From: Tubulanus polymorphus
Lineage: Eukaryota; Animalia; Nemertea
Reading direction: 5' to 3'
DNA length: 64,000 nucleotides
Assembly (NCBI RefSeq): GCF_964204645.1
Contig: NC_134032.1
Location: forward strand, 12,760,275-12,824,274
The stretch's first letter is position 1. Each line of letters opens with the position of its first letter. The notes under the pieces are model-generated. The model was given only the letters and a program-made list of their open reading frames with translations. It did not search any database and had not been told where the DNA came from. The position numbers were made by a program, and so were the translations under genes. Positions 37,302 to 49,676 of the stretch are shown here, in pieces.

Positions 37302-38276
37302 TCATAGTTTCACTATGCGGATCAATTCTTCACGAAATAACTTCAAATTCGCGATATATATGAAAAAATTTATAGCACTGTTTGTGATAGTAAGGGTTCC
37401 CCCGACGAGGTTCAGCAGTTGTAATATTTGAATCGGCAAATGCCTCAGTTTTCCACTCGTAAAGTTGACCAGGTTAAGTACAGTATTTGGCGCGTTCAAT
37501 ACGAAAAAAGCCACGATTACGCAAATTAGATTGCGTACGCATCTGCGTTCCTGTTCGCAAGTGTTGGTGTTTTTGAACTGGACATCTCGTCTGGCGAACT
37601 GAATACTGATCAAAACCGTCGAAAATATCAAACCTATCCAAGGAAGTATGGTGACGGTTAGATAGGAATAGATTATGTAAAAATAAACAAATGCATCCCC
37701 TACACTCTTTGATGGACAAGTCTTATATCCCCTTAAATAAGTCACAATACCAATTGCACTTTCCATTAAGGCGAAATAGATAAACACCAATATAACGAGA
37801 TTCCTGCGTCGAACCCGGGTCATCAGGCTTCCAATGCGCAGCGGTACTAGCACTGCTATACTGCGCTCCAAGGCAAAACACAACAAAATCCAAGAAGAGG
37901 TTTTTGTTCCGAAATTGATGAGCACCATTCCCAGTTTACAGATTACATCGCTAACGGAGTAGAATACATACCGACCATGCTTATTACCGGTCACATAGTG
38001 GATTCTTTCCAGAGACCTCAACGAAAAAGTGATGACGAAGATCGAATCGGAGAAAGCTAGCGGTACCAGATACTGAAAGGTACACGCGTCTAACGTGCGA
38101 CGCAGACGGAACAAGACGACTATAGACAGTAAACCCCCGGTAACACCGGTCACCATACAGAAATAGATGTAAATATTGAACGTGTACCAAATACCGCTCT
38201 GCCACGTACTAGATTGAAACATGTGACTTGTGAAAGCGTTTTCTGTCACTGTAGAGTTCGTACTCGGTAAAATCAT
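37302..38276 (-). CDS. Intronless rhodopsin-family (class A) GPCR, orphan peptide/chemoreceptor-like
   Basis: 7 TM segments; LAFSD (TM2), ICK (TM3 Cys), ERSIAV (DRY variant), NSAINFFIY (NPxxY variant). Confidence 0.9.
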   Translation of the reverse strand: MILPSTNSTVTENAFTSHMFQSSTWQSGIWYTFNIYIYFCMVTGVTGGLLSIVVLFRLRRTLDACTFQYLVPLAFSDSIFVITFSLRSLERIHYVTGNKHGRYVFYSVSDVICKLGMVLINFGTKTSSWILLCFALERSIAVLVPLRIGSLMTRVRRRNLVILVFIYFALMESAIGIVTYLRGYKTCPSKSVGDAFVYFYIIYSYLTVTILPWIGLIFSTVLISIQFARRDVQFKNTNTCEQERRCVRNLICVIVAFFVLNAPNTVLNLVNFTSGKLRHLPIQILQLLNLVGGTLTITNSAINFFIYIANLKLFREELIRIVKL

Positions 38277-38971
38277 CTTCTATCCTTCATTCGTGTCATT
38301 TACCATTTTTGTTGAAGCACTTAAAATCGGCCAGTCCATTAAGACTCCGCTCGATTCTGAATTCATTCAAAATGAAAGCACTTACGAATTGGAATCTGAT
38401 GGTAATGCGTAAGGACTAATGGGATGAAATGTGAAATATACCTAGCAGCTATTAGATATTCAAACAGTAAGCTATGTCTAGCTTTTAGCTCTTATCTAGA
38501 TTAACTCGAGTTGAATGATTTAAAACAATCGTTGATATGAACTACGACATGTTTGAAGGTGTTTGATATGAACATTGAGATGTATATTTACATCAAATTA
38601 ATCAATACCTTTTGTTGATTAAATTCCTACAGTTTTGTTCAAACGATATGGGTAGTAGAGGGCGGTATGAGTGATAAGAGTTACCGCAATAACGTACTGG
38701 TCACACGTCAGCTATTGGTCATCACACTGACCAGACAAACGTAGTATTGTCACCATCCATCGTGCGAGCGTGCTGCGGACGATGGTGGTACAAGCCTTCG
38801 CAACCAAGCGTGGCTCGCATTATAACGGGATAGTCAGAATTTCTTTCTTTTTATAGTTTTGATTTATTTTCCATGAAGAGGTCGCTCATAGCAAACAATT
38901 TTTTCGAAACACGGTCCTATCGCCATCAAGCCAAAGCGACAATACTCGCGGGCGCTCTATATTGAAAATAC

Positions 38972-39955
38972 TCAGAGTTTCAATAAGCGCACCAACTCTT
39001 CACGAAATGACTTCAAAGTCACGATATATATGAAAACATTTACAGCACTATTTGTGATCATTAAAACGCCCCCAATAAGGTTAATCAAGTGGTCTATTTG
39101 TTTTGGTAAATGTCTTAATTTGTCACTCGTATTGCGAACCAGGAGAATTACAGTATTTGGCGCGTTCAAGGCGAAAAATGCAACGATTATGCAAATTAGA
39201 TTGCGCACGCATCTGCGTTCCTGTTCGGAAGTGTTCGTGATTTTGAACTGGACATCTCGTCTGGAGAACTGAATACTGATCAAAACCGTCGAAAATATCA
39301 AACCTATCCAAGGAATTATAGTCATAGTCGAAAGGGAGTAGATTATGATTATTTGTGCAATGATTTCTCCCGAAACTATGTTTGTTTGGCAGTTTTTTAA
39401 GCCATGTCCGATGGTTTTAACATGGAAAATGATACCCTGAGCGCCTTCCGTAACAGCGTAGTAAAGAAAAACCGATATAACAAGATTTCGGCGTCGAACC
39501 CGGGTCGCTAGTCTCCCGATGTGCAACGGAATCAGTACCGCTATACTGCGTTCCACGGCAAAACACAACAGAATCCAAGAAGAGCTTTTGATTCCGAAAT
39601 TGATTAGCACCATTCCCAGTTTGCACGTGACGTCATTAACGGCGTAGAACACGTAGCGACCATAAGCCTCGGTGCCGGCCACGATGTGGATTCGTTCCAG
39701 AGACTTTAACGAAAAAGTAAATACAAAAATCAAATCGGAAGAAGCTAGCGGTATCAGATACTGAAAGGTGCACGCGTCTAACGTACGACGCAGACGGAAC
39801 AAGACGACTATAGACAGTAAACCCCCGGTAACACCGGTCACCATCCAGAAATAGATGTAAACATTGAACGTGTACCAAACACCGTTCTGCCACATACTAG
39901 ATTGAAACATGTGACTTGTGACGGTGTCTGTCGAGTTTGAACCAGTAATTGCCAT
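38972..39955 (-). CDS. Tandem paralogous class A GPCR
   Basis: Colinear with 37302-38276; ERSIAV and NSAVNVFIY; differences concentrate around TM4/ECL2/TM5. Confidence 0.9.
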   Translation of the reverse strand: MAITGSNSTDTVTSHMFQSSMWQNGVWYTFNVYIYFWMVTGVTGGLLSIVVLFRLRRTLDACTFQYLIPLASSDLIFVFTFSLKSLERIHIVAGTEAYGRYVFYAVNDVTCKLGMVLINFGIKSSSWILLCFAVERSIAVLIPLHIGRLATRVRRRNLVISVFLYYAVTEGAQGIIFHVKTIGHGLKNCQTNIVSGEIIAQIIIIYSLSTMTIIPWIGLIFSTVLISIQFSRRDVQFKITNTSEQERRCVRNLICIIVAFFALNAPNTVILLVRNTSDKLRHLPKQIDHLINLIGGVLMITNSAVNVFIYIVTLKSFREELVRLLKL

Positions 39956-41066
39956 CTTCCAGGCTACTGCTTTTACAGTGCATACACGTACGTAATTTTA
40001 CAGCTACCGAGGTCCACCCATTTATTAGCTGGCATCTCTTAAAACCAAATCCATTTGCTAATAAAACCAGGTTCTGTTTAAAGTAGAATCTATCCATTAA
40101 ACTCCCCGTGCGTAAACGAATTTTAAAAAGTAAAATCTGTTCACACGATAAACGATATTATACAGAATTGCCAAATAAAGGAGATACATTGAACTTCACC
40201 GCCCTTCTCCAGGGGACCAGCAAATCTGTTTGTAATGGAATTAAGAATACAAATTTGTTAATTCATTCGACGAATCGTTACAGTATACGTTGCTCCTAAA
40301 TCGAGCGTTCTTCGCACGAGGCAAATGCGAATTTTGATATTCAAACGCCGCGTGTTTTTCTGTGCTGTAAGCAGAAGCCCGTGTACGAAGTGGCAGGAAG
40401 TGTGCTAAAAAATAAAATCTAAGTACTTTTCCCCCTTTTTCTCCTGCACTATCTGCCTATCGTAGTTGATTGATCTTTGTTTGATCTTTGTTATTTTCTA
40501 ATTCTCTTACACATCTCTTGTGACTTGTATACTCGTAAATACAATAGTGTGACTTGTTAGCCCATATGGGCTGAGCACCAATTTCTTATTATATGTTAAT
40601 CTAATAATACGTATTCATGTGTATTTGAACTGGACATCTTGGCTAGCGAACTAACTATAGAGTATCAGTTTTTCAGGACAGCAAATGGCTGTCGAATGTT
40701 CCAACATTTCGATACAGTTAAATTCTAATTGAGTTTCATAATTATGTAATTAGTAAATTTTGTAATCAAACCCTTCGTGAAACTGAATTTTAATCGTAAT
40801 TAACTAAGCATGATCAAGGAAATTCGATTATGATTGAGATCTGTCACGGATTTCTATGCGGCCACCAATCCACTGAACGCACGCGAGTCGCAATTAAACT
40901 GCACCAGCAATTCTATTTATCTACACTTTTTTTACAATATATCGACTCAATTTCGTTTCAAAATCGCTGACAAGCTATGATTCCGATGGCATTTAAACCG
41001 CCAAAAAGCCCGTGATACCCGTCGAGCACCATCGTTCGCGTCATCATTTCAATCAATTCATCGATC

Positions 41067-43937
41067 ATGAGTATGAGTAATATTAGTTATCGTTTAACGT
41101 TTGTTGCTTGTCTGTTTGTAGTGTGTTCGTTTTATCGGGTTGATGCCGCTTTGGCGACCGATGAAGGTAAGTTGATCGTTTCGCAAATACGTGTATCCGG
41201 TAGAACAACTGAACTGTTAAACGTTATCTAAATTGCAATTTCTCTTGTCATTTTTCTGCGATTTTTCATAATATGTCCGTTACTACTTCGCGACGACTCC
41301 GTAAATGTTTCGATGGAAAAACACATTTCTCCTGATGATAATCTTCTTTCAGATGCAGGTTCTGATTCCGCGGCGCGAAGCAATATTTCTACAAAAATTG
41401 CGAACGAAAATAACGACTGTCCTCGAGCAAGATGCGATATGCAATATAATTGCGGTATAATAGGTAGATTTTGTTCGTGCAACGCTTCGTGTGTCGTTAT
41501 GGGCACTTGTTGCGCCGACTATTTCGACGTATGCGCGCCCGAGCAAAGCTTCGATACGACAGCGGACGCGCGTGCGGTCGATTTTGGAAATTTCATAGAA
41601 TGTGTCGACTTCTCTATACCATATTTTCACTATGGAGCCAAAATGAAGTTTTTCTCCGTTTCTAAATGCCCGTCGTCGTCGTCGTCGTCGTTTTCAACGT
41701 TCAACGATTCCGACTTCAGTATTCTGCGGCATAAATGTGAAAATACCGTTCCGATAAACGGTAATTCGTCCGTATCTGATCTGGCTGGCTACACGCCCGT
41801 TGTCTTCGGGGAGATAGTATTTCGGAATTACTATTGTCTACGCTGTCACTTAAACGTAAGCTATTCGTCTATAACGGTCGTTAGGTTAGATTTCACAGTT
41901 CCGCCGCGAATGATGGATACAAGCATTCCTGTAAACAGACTCGACGAAGCTCTACTCGAAAAACTAGCGAACGAAAAGTTTCAAATTCAATTCGATTACA
42001 AAGAATTCCCATTTGCTAGTTGTTCTCGAAAGAAAATTCAGTATTGGATAATTCATTGCGATGATATCGAATACCGCGAATCATGCTTCGCATACATCGA
42101 GCCAGTTTATCTCATCGCAAATAGATCAGTAATCTTCAAAAACGTTCACTGCGCTTTGTGCAATGGCTTCGAGAGAAGTGACGTCAAATGCATTAAGTTT
42201 TATTCGACTTGGAACAATTACGGAATGCCCGTTCTATCCGTCATGTTCGATCTATCGCGGCCGATCGTAACGGAAGCCCGTTTGCTCGATTCGAAAACAT
42301 TAGAAACCATTAATAACTTCCCGCAATGTCAAAAACAAGGGGAAATATTCAACGTAGTGAACGGTGAGTGTATGAATACATTAGAATACGCGGCCGAATT
42401 TCCTCAAACCGACCTGCAGCGACCTCTATACGTAGACCTACACGCGTCCTATCAGTGTAATACGTTCGAGTCTCCGCTGGAAAAGTTGGCCAAAATCATC
42501 ACTTTACCGCCATCTTCCGTATTCACAATCGATATCAAACTGGGCTCCGTATATTCTTTGTCGACGTTAGGTTTGCAAATATTCTCGCATCTTATCGAAA
42601 GTGAAATCGTGCAGAAGTTCTTGCGCGTATTAAACGCGTCCGAAGCCGGTTGTAAACTGGTCGAATCGTCGTTTAGATTACGGTTGACGAATTTCCAGGA
42701 TTTTCCGCCGGTAGAGAAATGTCCGAGACAAACGCGCGTTTACAAGTTGGTGAATCAACAAGGCGTCGAATACGTGAAGGCTTTTGACGACGACACCAAT
42801 ACAACTCGTGGAGGTTGGATTCCGGTTCGGGCGTCTTCGGGTGTTTACGTAAACCGCACCATCGACGGAAATGTAACTAACAACGAAATTATTTTATGTG
42901 AACGGTTGAAATGTCAGGATGAGAAAGTATTCGGTATCGATCAACTCGATGTCAATTCAGACGGTTCTTCTTCGGTTAAAACTAATTCGGGAATCGAACT
43001 GATATTGACGAAAAGTCAGTTTCGAATTCACGGTAATTGGGTGGTGGTTTGTATGGACGATTTTTTCACGGATATCATAGAAACGGATGTGGAAGAAACG
43101 ATCACTTTAGTCACTAGTTCGTTATCGATGTTCGGACTGTTGGCGCTTCTTGTTACGTATTCGCTATTTCAAACCCTACGAACGATACCCGGCCTCACGT
43201 TAATGCACCTCGCCAGTGCGATGTTCTTCGCCGTTCTAATTTTCAACACTATCTCTTTCAATCCTGCTATCTTATCGCGCCCAAATCTATGCACGATCGT
43301 CGGAATGCTAGCGCACTATTTGTGGATCGTCGCATTTATGTGGACGAACGTCATCAGCTACGATAGTTTTCGTACATTTACTGGTTTTACCACAATCTCC
43401 ATTTCCGAGCGGTTGGATAGATACTATCGCTATTGCGTCTACGCTTGGTTCTTGCCGTTGATTCTGGTCGCGGCTTGCGGCGTTGTCACCGTTTGGTTCC
43501 CCGAATCGGGATTCAAATACTACGATATCCACATTTGTTGGATTTCCGACGTTACGCAACTGATCGCCACGTATCTCGCACCGATAGCAACGATCTGTCT
43601 ACTAAATCTTGTTTTCTTCGTAATCACTTTGAACGCCATTCGAAACACGAAAATAAGCATGAGAATAGCGTCGTCGACTATGCCAGCCACCGACAAAAGT
43701 TATACGTTAGTAGCTAAACTATCGTTGATTATGGGACTCAGTTGGTATTTGGGTTTCATCGCGAGCTACGGCTCGATTTACATACTGAAAATCATCTACA
43801 CCATAGTGAACGGTTCACAGGGTTTATTGTTATTTGTCTGTTTCGTTCTACGGCCGAAGATTTATCGTTTATATCGACGACAGATATCAAAATGTTTCTT
43901 CAAAGCGAACGAAACTACGGTTGGAATCGATAAGTGA
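41067..43937 (+). CDS. Somatomedin-B domain adhesion/Methuselah-like (class B2/B3) GPCR, copy A
   Basis: Signal-peptide exon 41067-41166 plus exon 41353-43937. SMB motif CSCNASCVVMGTCCADYFDVC; two PV...N..C..C repeats; secretin-type 7TM (HYLW..FMW, GLSWYLG, NGSQG). Confidence 0.9.
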
Positions 43938-44515
43938 ATGATCGTTTTCATTTCCTCACAAGACGTTACCACATATTACAACAACCAATACTTAACGTTT
44001 ATCAAGCCTTGAAGATTTCGAATTGTTCGTAAAACGTCATCAGTTTGTGTGTAGTTAACAAATTTGATAATGAATTATCATTAACTGGTGACTTTTTCCG
44101 ATATAACTTTTGCATTAATCGAGGATACCGATAATCAATGAATAGTTAGCGTTATACAGAATTTCACGACAAACCTTCTCAGCGCGTAATTGATGCTGGA
44201 TGTTAACATCAAATGGCTGATGGACTGGTGCATGTTGTACTCTACCGAAGATGAACGTCATATACGAGTAACAATTGACCTACTGTACTATCTACGCCAT
44301 CATCGCAAGATCTTGAAAGTTACTACTTTATTGTTTTTTAGAATCCCAAATGGCTCCGACGTTTCTTTTGTTCCATCCGATGATTTTGTTTTCCGACTTA
44401 TCGCACCCCATCATGTCTCGCATACACAATAAAGTCATTACTATAGATCACTCCTAACTCGAAAATGTTTTTCACATTCTGGCTCATGCGAATTTGGACT
44501 ATTTTGATTATAACT

Positions 44516-44680
44516 GCAGCGAACCCCCGATATACCGCCACCCCCGCCTACCGCCAGGTTTTCTCAAAGTACATCTCTATACAAATACATAGTAAAACAC
44601 CCTCGATATACCGTGATACTCTCTATAACGCCAAAATCTTTCTGCACCGATGTGGGCGGTGTGTCGGGGGTTTACTGTAC
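44516..44680. mobile_element. Tc1/mariner-type MITE
   Basis: cagcgaacccccgatataccgcc / ggcggtgtgtcgggggtttactg|ta. Confidence 0.6.
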
Positions 44681-44923
44681 AGGTTATGATTTTACAGACC
44701 ATATCCAACGGTAAGCCATTTGAACAACCTAAGGCGTCTTAAGATTTAAGATGACTTTTTGACTTTTGTCTATGTCACGTCTACGTAACTGGGTCCTGAT
44801 GCTAGATCTAATTAAAGTTAGATAAAGTTAAAAGGTAGTTTTAAATGTAAGTTTATTTTAACTTCGTTACATGCCGTACATTCATCACACAATGCAGATG
44901 AAGCCTGTGGTCTCTCTATCAAT

Positions 44924-45842
44924 TCAAATATATCTAACAGCAAGAGATGTAAAACAGTAGATAAAATCAAAAACACCAACACCTATAAAAATGGCTGAGT
45001 ATCCAATAAATGGTTCTACAGCGCCAACTACTAACATTAGTATTATTGCTACAATACGAGAAATGGCACCATCTATTCAAATATAGTCTTGTAATTATTA
45101 TCAAATCTTATCATTTCTTATCGGCAACATCCGAAAGCCAGGAAACACTGAAACTTGAGAGAAGCGCAAAAGATAAATTACAGATTGTAGAGCTTCCTAA
45201 TGCTTGCCAGACGTTAGCAACGAAAAGGAATTAGCAATGAAATTGCCGTCATCAGGGCCAAGTTTCACAAAAAAGTTTAAGCCTAAAACGGTTAAGTTTG
45301 AATTATTGTCCTCATTGAAAACATGAAGTAACCAATGGCAATTACACCAAAAATTTGAGTTTAACTTTTTTTGTGAAACTGAGCCCAGACAATAAACTAT
45401 GGAATACATCCAACGATAATTTCTGGTTTTGGCCACAATAAATCCGAATAGATTTGTACCTAGACGGTCGATGGCTGTCGGCACCAGTATTAGTGTACCT
45501 ATCTGCCAGTGTTTCCAGACGCCAACTACTCAAACAACAATAGCATATAAATGCAATGAAGGTTTGTACTAAAGGTATAGATACATTGAAGTCCGAATAG
45601 CACCAGTGTTTGGGCATCAATAAACATCCATTTTATCAGCTCAAGCTAAACAGGGTTTTCCTCGAAAATCCATCTGATGATCGCTCCGTATTTGGTAGTA
45701 ATTCAGACTGGTAACCGTTATCATTAGACTGGTCACCGGTATGAAGAATAGCATCTACATTTCCATACTCGGCATTACTAACCGTTTCGTGTTTTTCAAC
45801 AAGACATTCAGATGTGCGGTCCTCAATCTTCTCCATGATCAA
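44924..45842 (-). pseudogene. Pseudogene paralogous to the SLC18-like transporter at 31276-32637
   Basis: WQIGTLILV...FGFIVAKTRNYRWMYSIVYC, NVWQA and GAVEPFIGYSAIFIG...LAVRYI*. It has frameshifts, a MITE insertion, and the N-terminal TM half is missing. Confidence 0.85.
45256..45385. mobile_element. PIF/Harbinger-type MITE with CAG TSD; second copy in opposite orientation at ~58638-58758
   Basis: ggccaagtttcac...gtgaaactgagcc flanked by cag/cag. Removing it restores YCL-MTAIS, matching paralog YCIMTTIS. Confidence 0.85.
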
Positions 45843-46812
45843 TCTTCTATGTATCTACGATGTTTAATGAAGTCAGTAAATTAGGATATTACGAGATGGT
45901 GGTCACACATAAAGCAGTCTAATGGATAAAATGTATATGAGGGAAATGAATTCATCTAACTTTTGAATTCATTCAGAAAATAATTTTTTTTGTTGGTGAT
46001 TAAACTGGTATTTTATGTGTATATATTCATGACATTTAGGGTCAGGGTCGGGGTCAAGTGGAGAATAGAAATAGAATTTTACATAGGTACCGTGGAAACG
46101 GTTAAGTCGTATAGCATAGCTGACAGTTTTGTTAAAAACCTATCAGACACAAACAGCTTTGGGCATTACTGGTACAACCATATATAATTGAAACCCTAAT
46201 CTCCGTCAAACGGGCCTAAAACAACGAATGAAAGAGCATAACATATATCTTCAAAATTGGGTTGCAGCTGTGCGTTCTTCGGGAAGGTTACTGTGTGGTG
46301 CATGTAAGGTTTACCGTTTACCATTTAGTGCTTTTTATTCATTTTAATGACCCAGCATTGACATAGTTCAACATTTAGGATGTGACCTGAGGTTTACAGT
46401 TGTTGCATCTTTTCGGGTTTTGGGCAGCATCCAGATCCAAAAAGGAACAATACATTGCAGCTTGTCTTATTTTTTTCAATCTGATTTCGGGTTTTCTTTA
46501 TTTTCTTTAGTTTTTCGGGCTCTTATGTCATATCTAACAGACGAACAGTATTTGATGTGTTGTATTCTGTGTCAAATACCGGTATTCCGCCGAATGGAGT
46601 TGTGTATTTGAGTGTATTATATGGATAGATGTTGATTGTACTTGAAACGAAATCCAGCAAACCACTGGCACGGGCGAGTCCTAACTCAATCAAAAAGAAT
46701 TGTTTATAAATTAGGAATGTTTCAGCTGTATTAAAGGCTTGATAAACATTTAGTGTGTTTGTGATAATATGTGGTAACGTCTCATGGAGCGAAGCAGGAA
46801 TCGTCATTTACA

Positions 46813-49676
46813 CTAATTGACTCCAGTTTCATTCGCTTTGAAGAAACATTTTGATATCTGTCGTCGATATAAATGATAAATCTTCGGTCGTAGAACGAAA
46901 CAGACAAATAACAATAAACCCTGTGAACCGTTCACTATGGTGTAGATGATTTTCAGTATGTAAATCGAGCCGTAGCTCGCGATGAGACCCAAATACCAAC
47001 TGAGTCCCATAATCAACGATAGCTTAGCTACTAACGTATAACTTTTGTCGGCGGCTGGCATAGTCGACGACGCTATTCTCGAGCTTATTTTCGTGTTTCG
47101 AATGGCGTTCAAAGTGATTACGAAGAAAACAAGATTTAGTAGACAGATCGTTGCTATCGGTGCGAGATACGTGGCGATCAGTTGCGTAACGTCGGAAATC
47201 CAACAAATGTGGATATCGTAGTATTTGAATCCCGATTCGGGGAACCAAACGGTGACAACGCCGCAAGCCGCGACCAGAATCAACGGCAAGAACCAAGCGT
47301 AGACGCAGTAGCGATAGTATCTATCCAACCGCTCGGAAATGGAGATTAGAGTAAAACCAGTAAATGTACGAAAACTATCGTAGCTGATGACGTTCGTCCA
47401 CATAAATACGACGATCCACAAATAGTGCGCTAGCATTCCGACGATCGTGCATAGATTTGGGCGCGATAAGATAGCAGGATTGAAAGAGATAGTGTTGAAA
47501 ATTAGAACGGCGAAGAACATCGCACTGGCGAGGTGCATTAACGTGAGGCCGGGTATCGTTCGTAGGGTTTGAAATAGCGAATACGTAACAAGAAGCGCCA
47601 ACAGTCCGAACATCGATAAAGAACTAGTGACTAAAGTGATCGTTTCTTCCACATCCGTTTCTATGATATCCGTGAAAAAATCGTCCATACAAACCACCAC
47701 CCAATTACCGTGAATTCGAAACTGACTTTTCGTCAATATCAGTTCGATTCCCGAATTAGTTTTAACCGAAGAAGAACCGTCTGAATTGACATCGAGTTGA
47801 TCGATACCGAATACTTTCTCATCCTGACATTTCAACCGTTCACATATAATAATTTCGTGATTAGTAACATTTCCGTCGATGGTGCGGTTTACGTAAACAC
47901 CCGAAGACGCCCGAACCGGAATCCAACCTCCACGAGTTGTATTGGTGTCGTCGTCAAAAGCCTTCACGTATTCGACGCCTTGTTGATTCACCAACTTGTA
48001 AACGCGCGTTTGTCTCGGACATTTCTCTACCGGCGGAAAATCCTGGAAATTCGTCAACCGTAATCTAAACGACGATTCGACCAGTTTACAACCGGCTTCG
48101 GACGCGTTTAATACGCGCAAGAACTTCTGCACGATTTCACTTTCGATAAGATGCGAGAATATTTGCAAACCTAACGTCGACAAAGAATATACGGAGCCCA
48201 GTTTGATGTCGATTGTGAATACGGAAGATGGCGGTAAAGTGATGATTTTGGCCAACTTTTCCAGTGGAGACTCGAACGTATTACACTGATAGGACGCGTG
48301 TAGGTCTACGTATAGAGGTCGCTGCAGGTCGATTTGAGGAAATTCGGCCGCGTATTCTAATGTATTCATACACTCACCGTTCACTACGTTGAATATTTCG
48401 CCTTGTTTTTGACATTGCGGGAAGTTATTAATGGTTTCTAATGTTTTCGAATCGAGCAAACGGGCTTCCGTTACGATCGGCCGCGATAGATCGAACATGA
48501 CGGATAGAACGGGCATTCCGTAATTGTCCCATGATGAAAAAAGACTGCACCTGACGTCACTTCTCTCGAAGCCATTGCACAAAGCGCAATGAACGTTCCT
48601 GAAGATAATCGATTTATTTGCGATGAGATAAACTGGCTCGATGTATGCGAGGCATGATTCGCGGTATTTGGTATCATCGCAACGAAGGATCCAATTCTGA
48701 ATTTTCTTTCGAAAGCAACTAACAAAAGGAAATTTTTTGTAATCGAATTGAAGTTGAAACTTTTCGTTCGCTAGTTTTTCGAGTAGAGCTTCGTCGAGTC
48801 TGTTTACAGGAATGCTTGTATCCATTATTCGCGGCGGAACTGTGAAATCTAACCTAACGACCGTTATAGACGAATAGCTTACGTTTAAGTGACAGCGTAG
48901 ACAATAGTAATTCCGAAATACTATCTCCCCGAAGACAACAGGTGTGTAGCCAGCCAGATCAGATACGGACGAATTACCGTTTATCGGCACGGCATTTTCA
49001 CATTTATGTCGCAGAATACTGAAGTCTGAATCGTTGAACGTTGATGACGGGCATTTAGAAACGGAGAAAAACCTCAGATTGATTCCGTTGTGAAAATATG
49101 GTATAGAGAAGTCGACGCATTCAGTGAAATTGTCTAAATTGATCGCACGCGCGTCCGCTGTCGTATCGAAGCTTTGCTCGGGCGCGCATACGTCGAAATA
49201 GTCGGCGCAACAAGTGCCCATAACGACACACGAAGCGTTGCACGAACAAAAAGTACCTACTTGACCACAAAGTCTTTTAGTGCTGCATCTTGCTCGATAA
49301 CAATTTTTATTTTCGTTGGCAATTATTGTAGAAATATTGCTGCTCCGCGCCGCGGAATCAGAACCTGCATCTGAAAGAAAATTTTCATTAGAGAAATGAA
49401 CGTGTTTTTCGGCCAAACATTTACGAAGTCGTCGCGAAGAAGTAACGGGCATATTTCAAAGAATCGTAGAACATAAAAATATAACAAGAGAAATCGCAAT
49501 TTAGGTGAATAACATTTAACATTTAACATTTCAGTTGTTGATCTCGATAGAGATATTTGCGAAACGAACTACTTACCTTCATCGGTCGCCAAAGCGGCGT
49601 CAACCTGATAGAACGAACACGCCACAAACAGACCAGCAACGAACGTTAAACGATAACTAATATTTCTCATGCTCAT
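46813..49676 (-). CDS. Somatomedin-B domain adhesion/Methuselah-like GPCR, copy B (inverted duplicate)
   Basis: Signal exon 49676-49577 plus exon 49370-46813; same architecture as copy A. Confidence 0.9.

Noticed and set aside
41313-41352. ORF-track starts of the adhesion GPCRs (41313 and 49452)
   Set aside because: They lie in the intron; true signal-peptide exons exist upstream in both copies.
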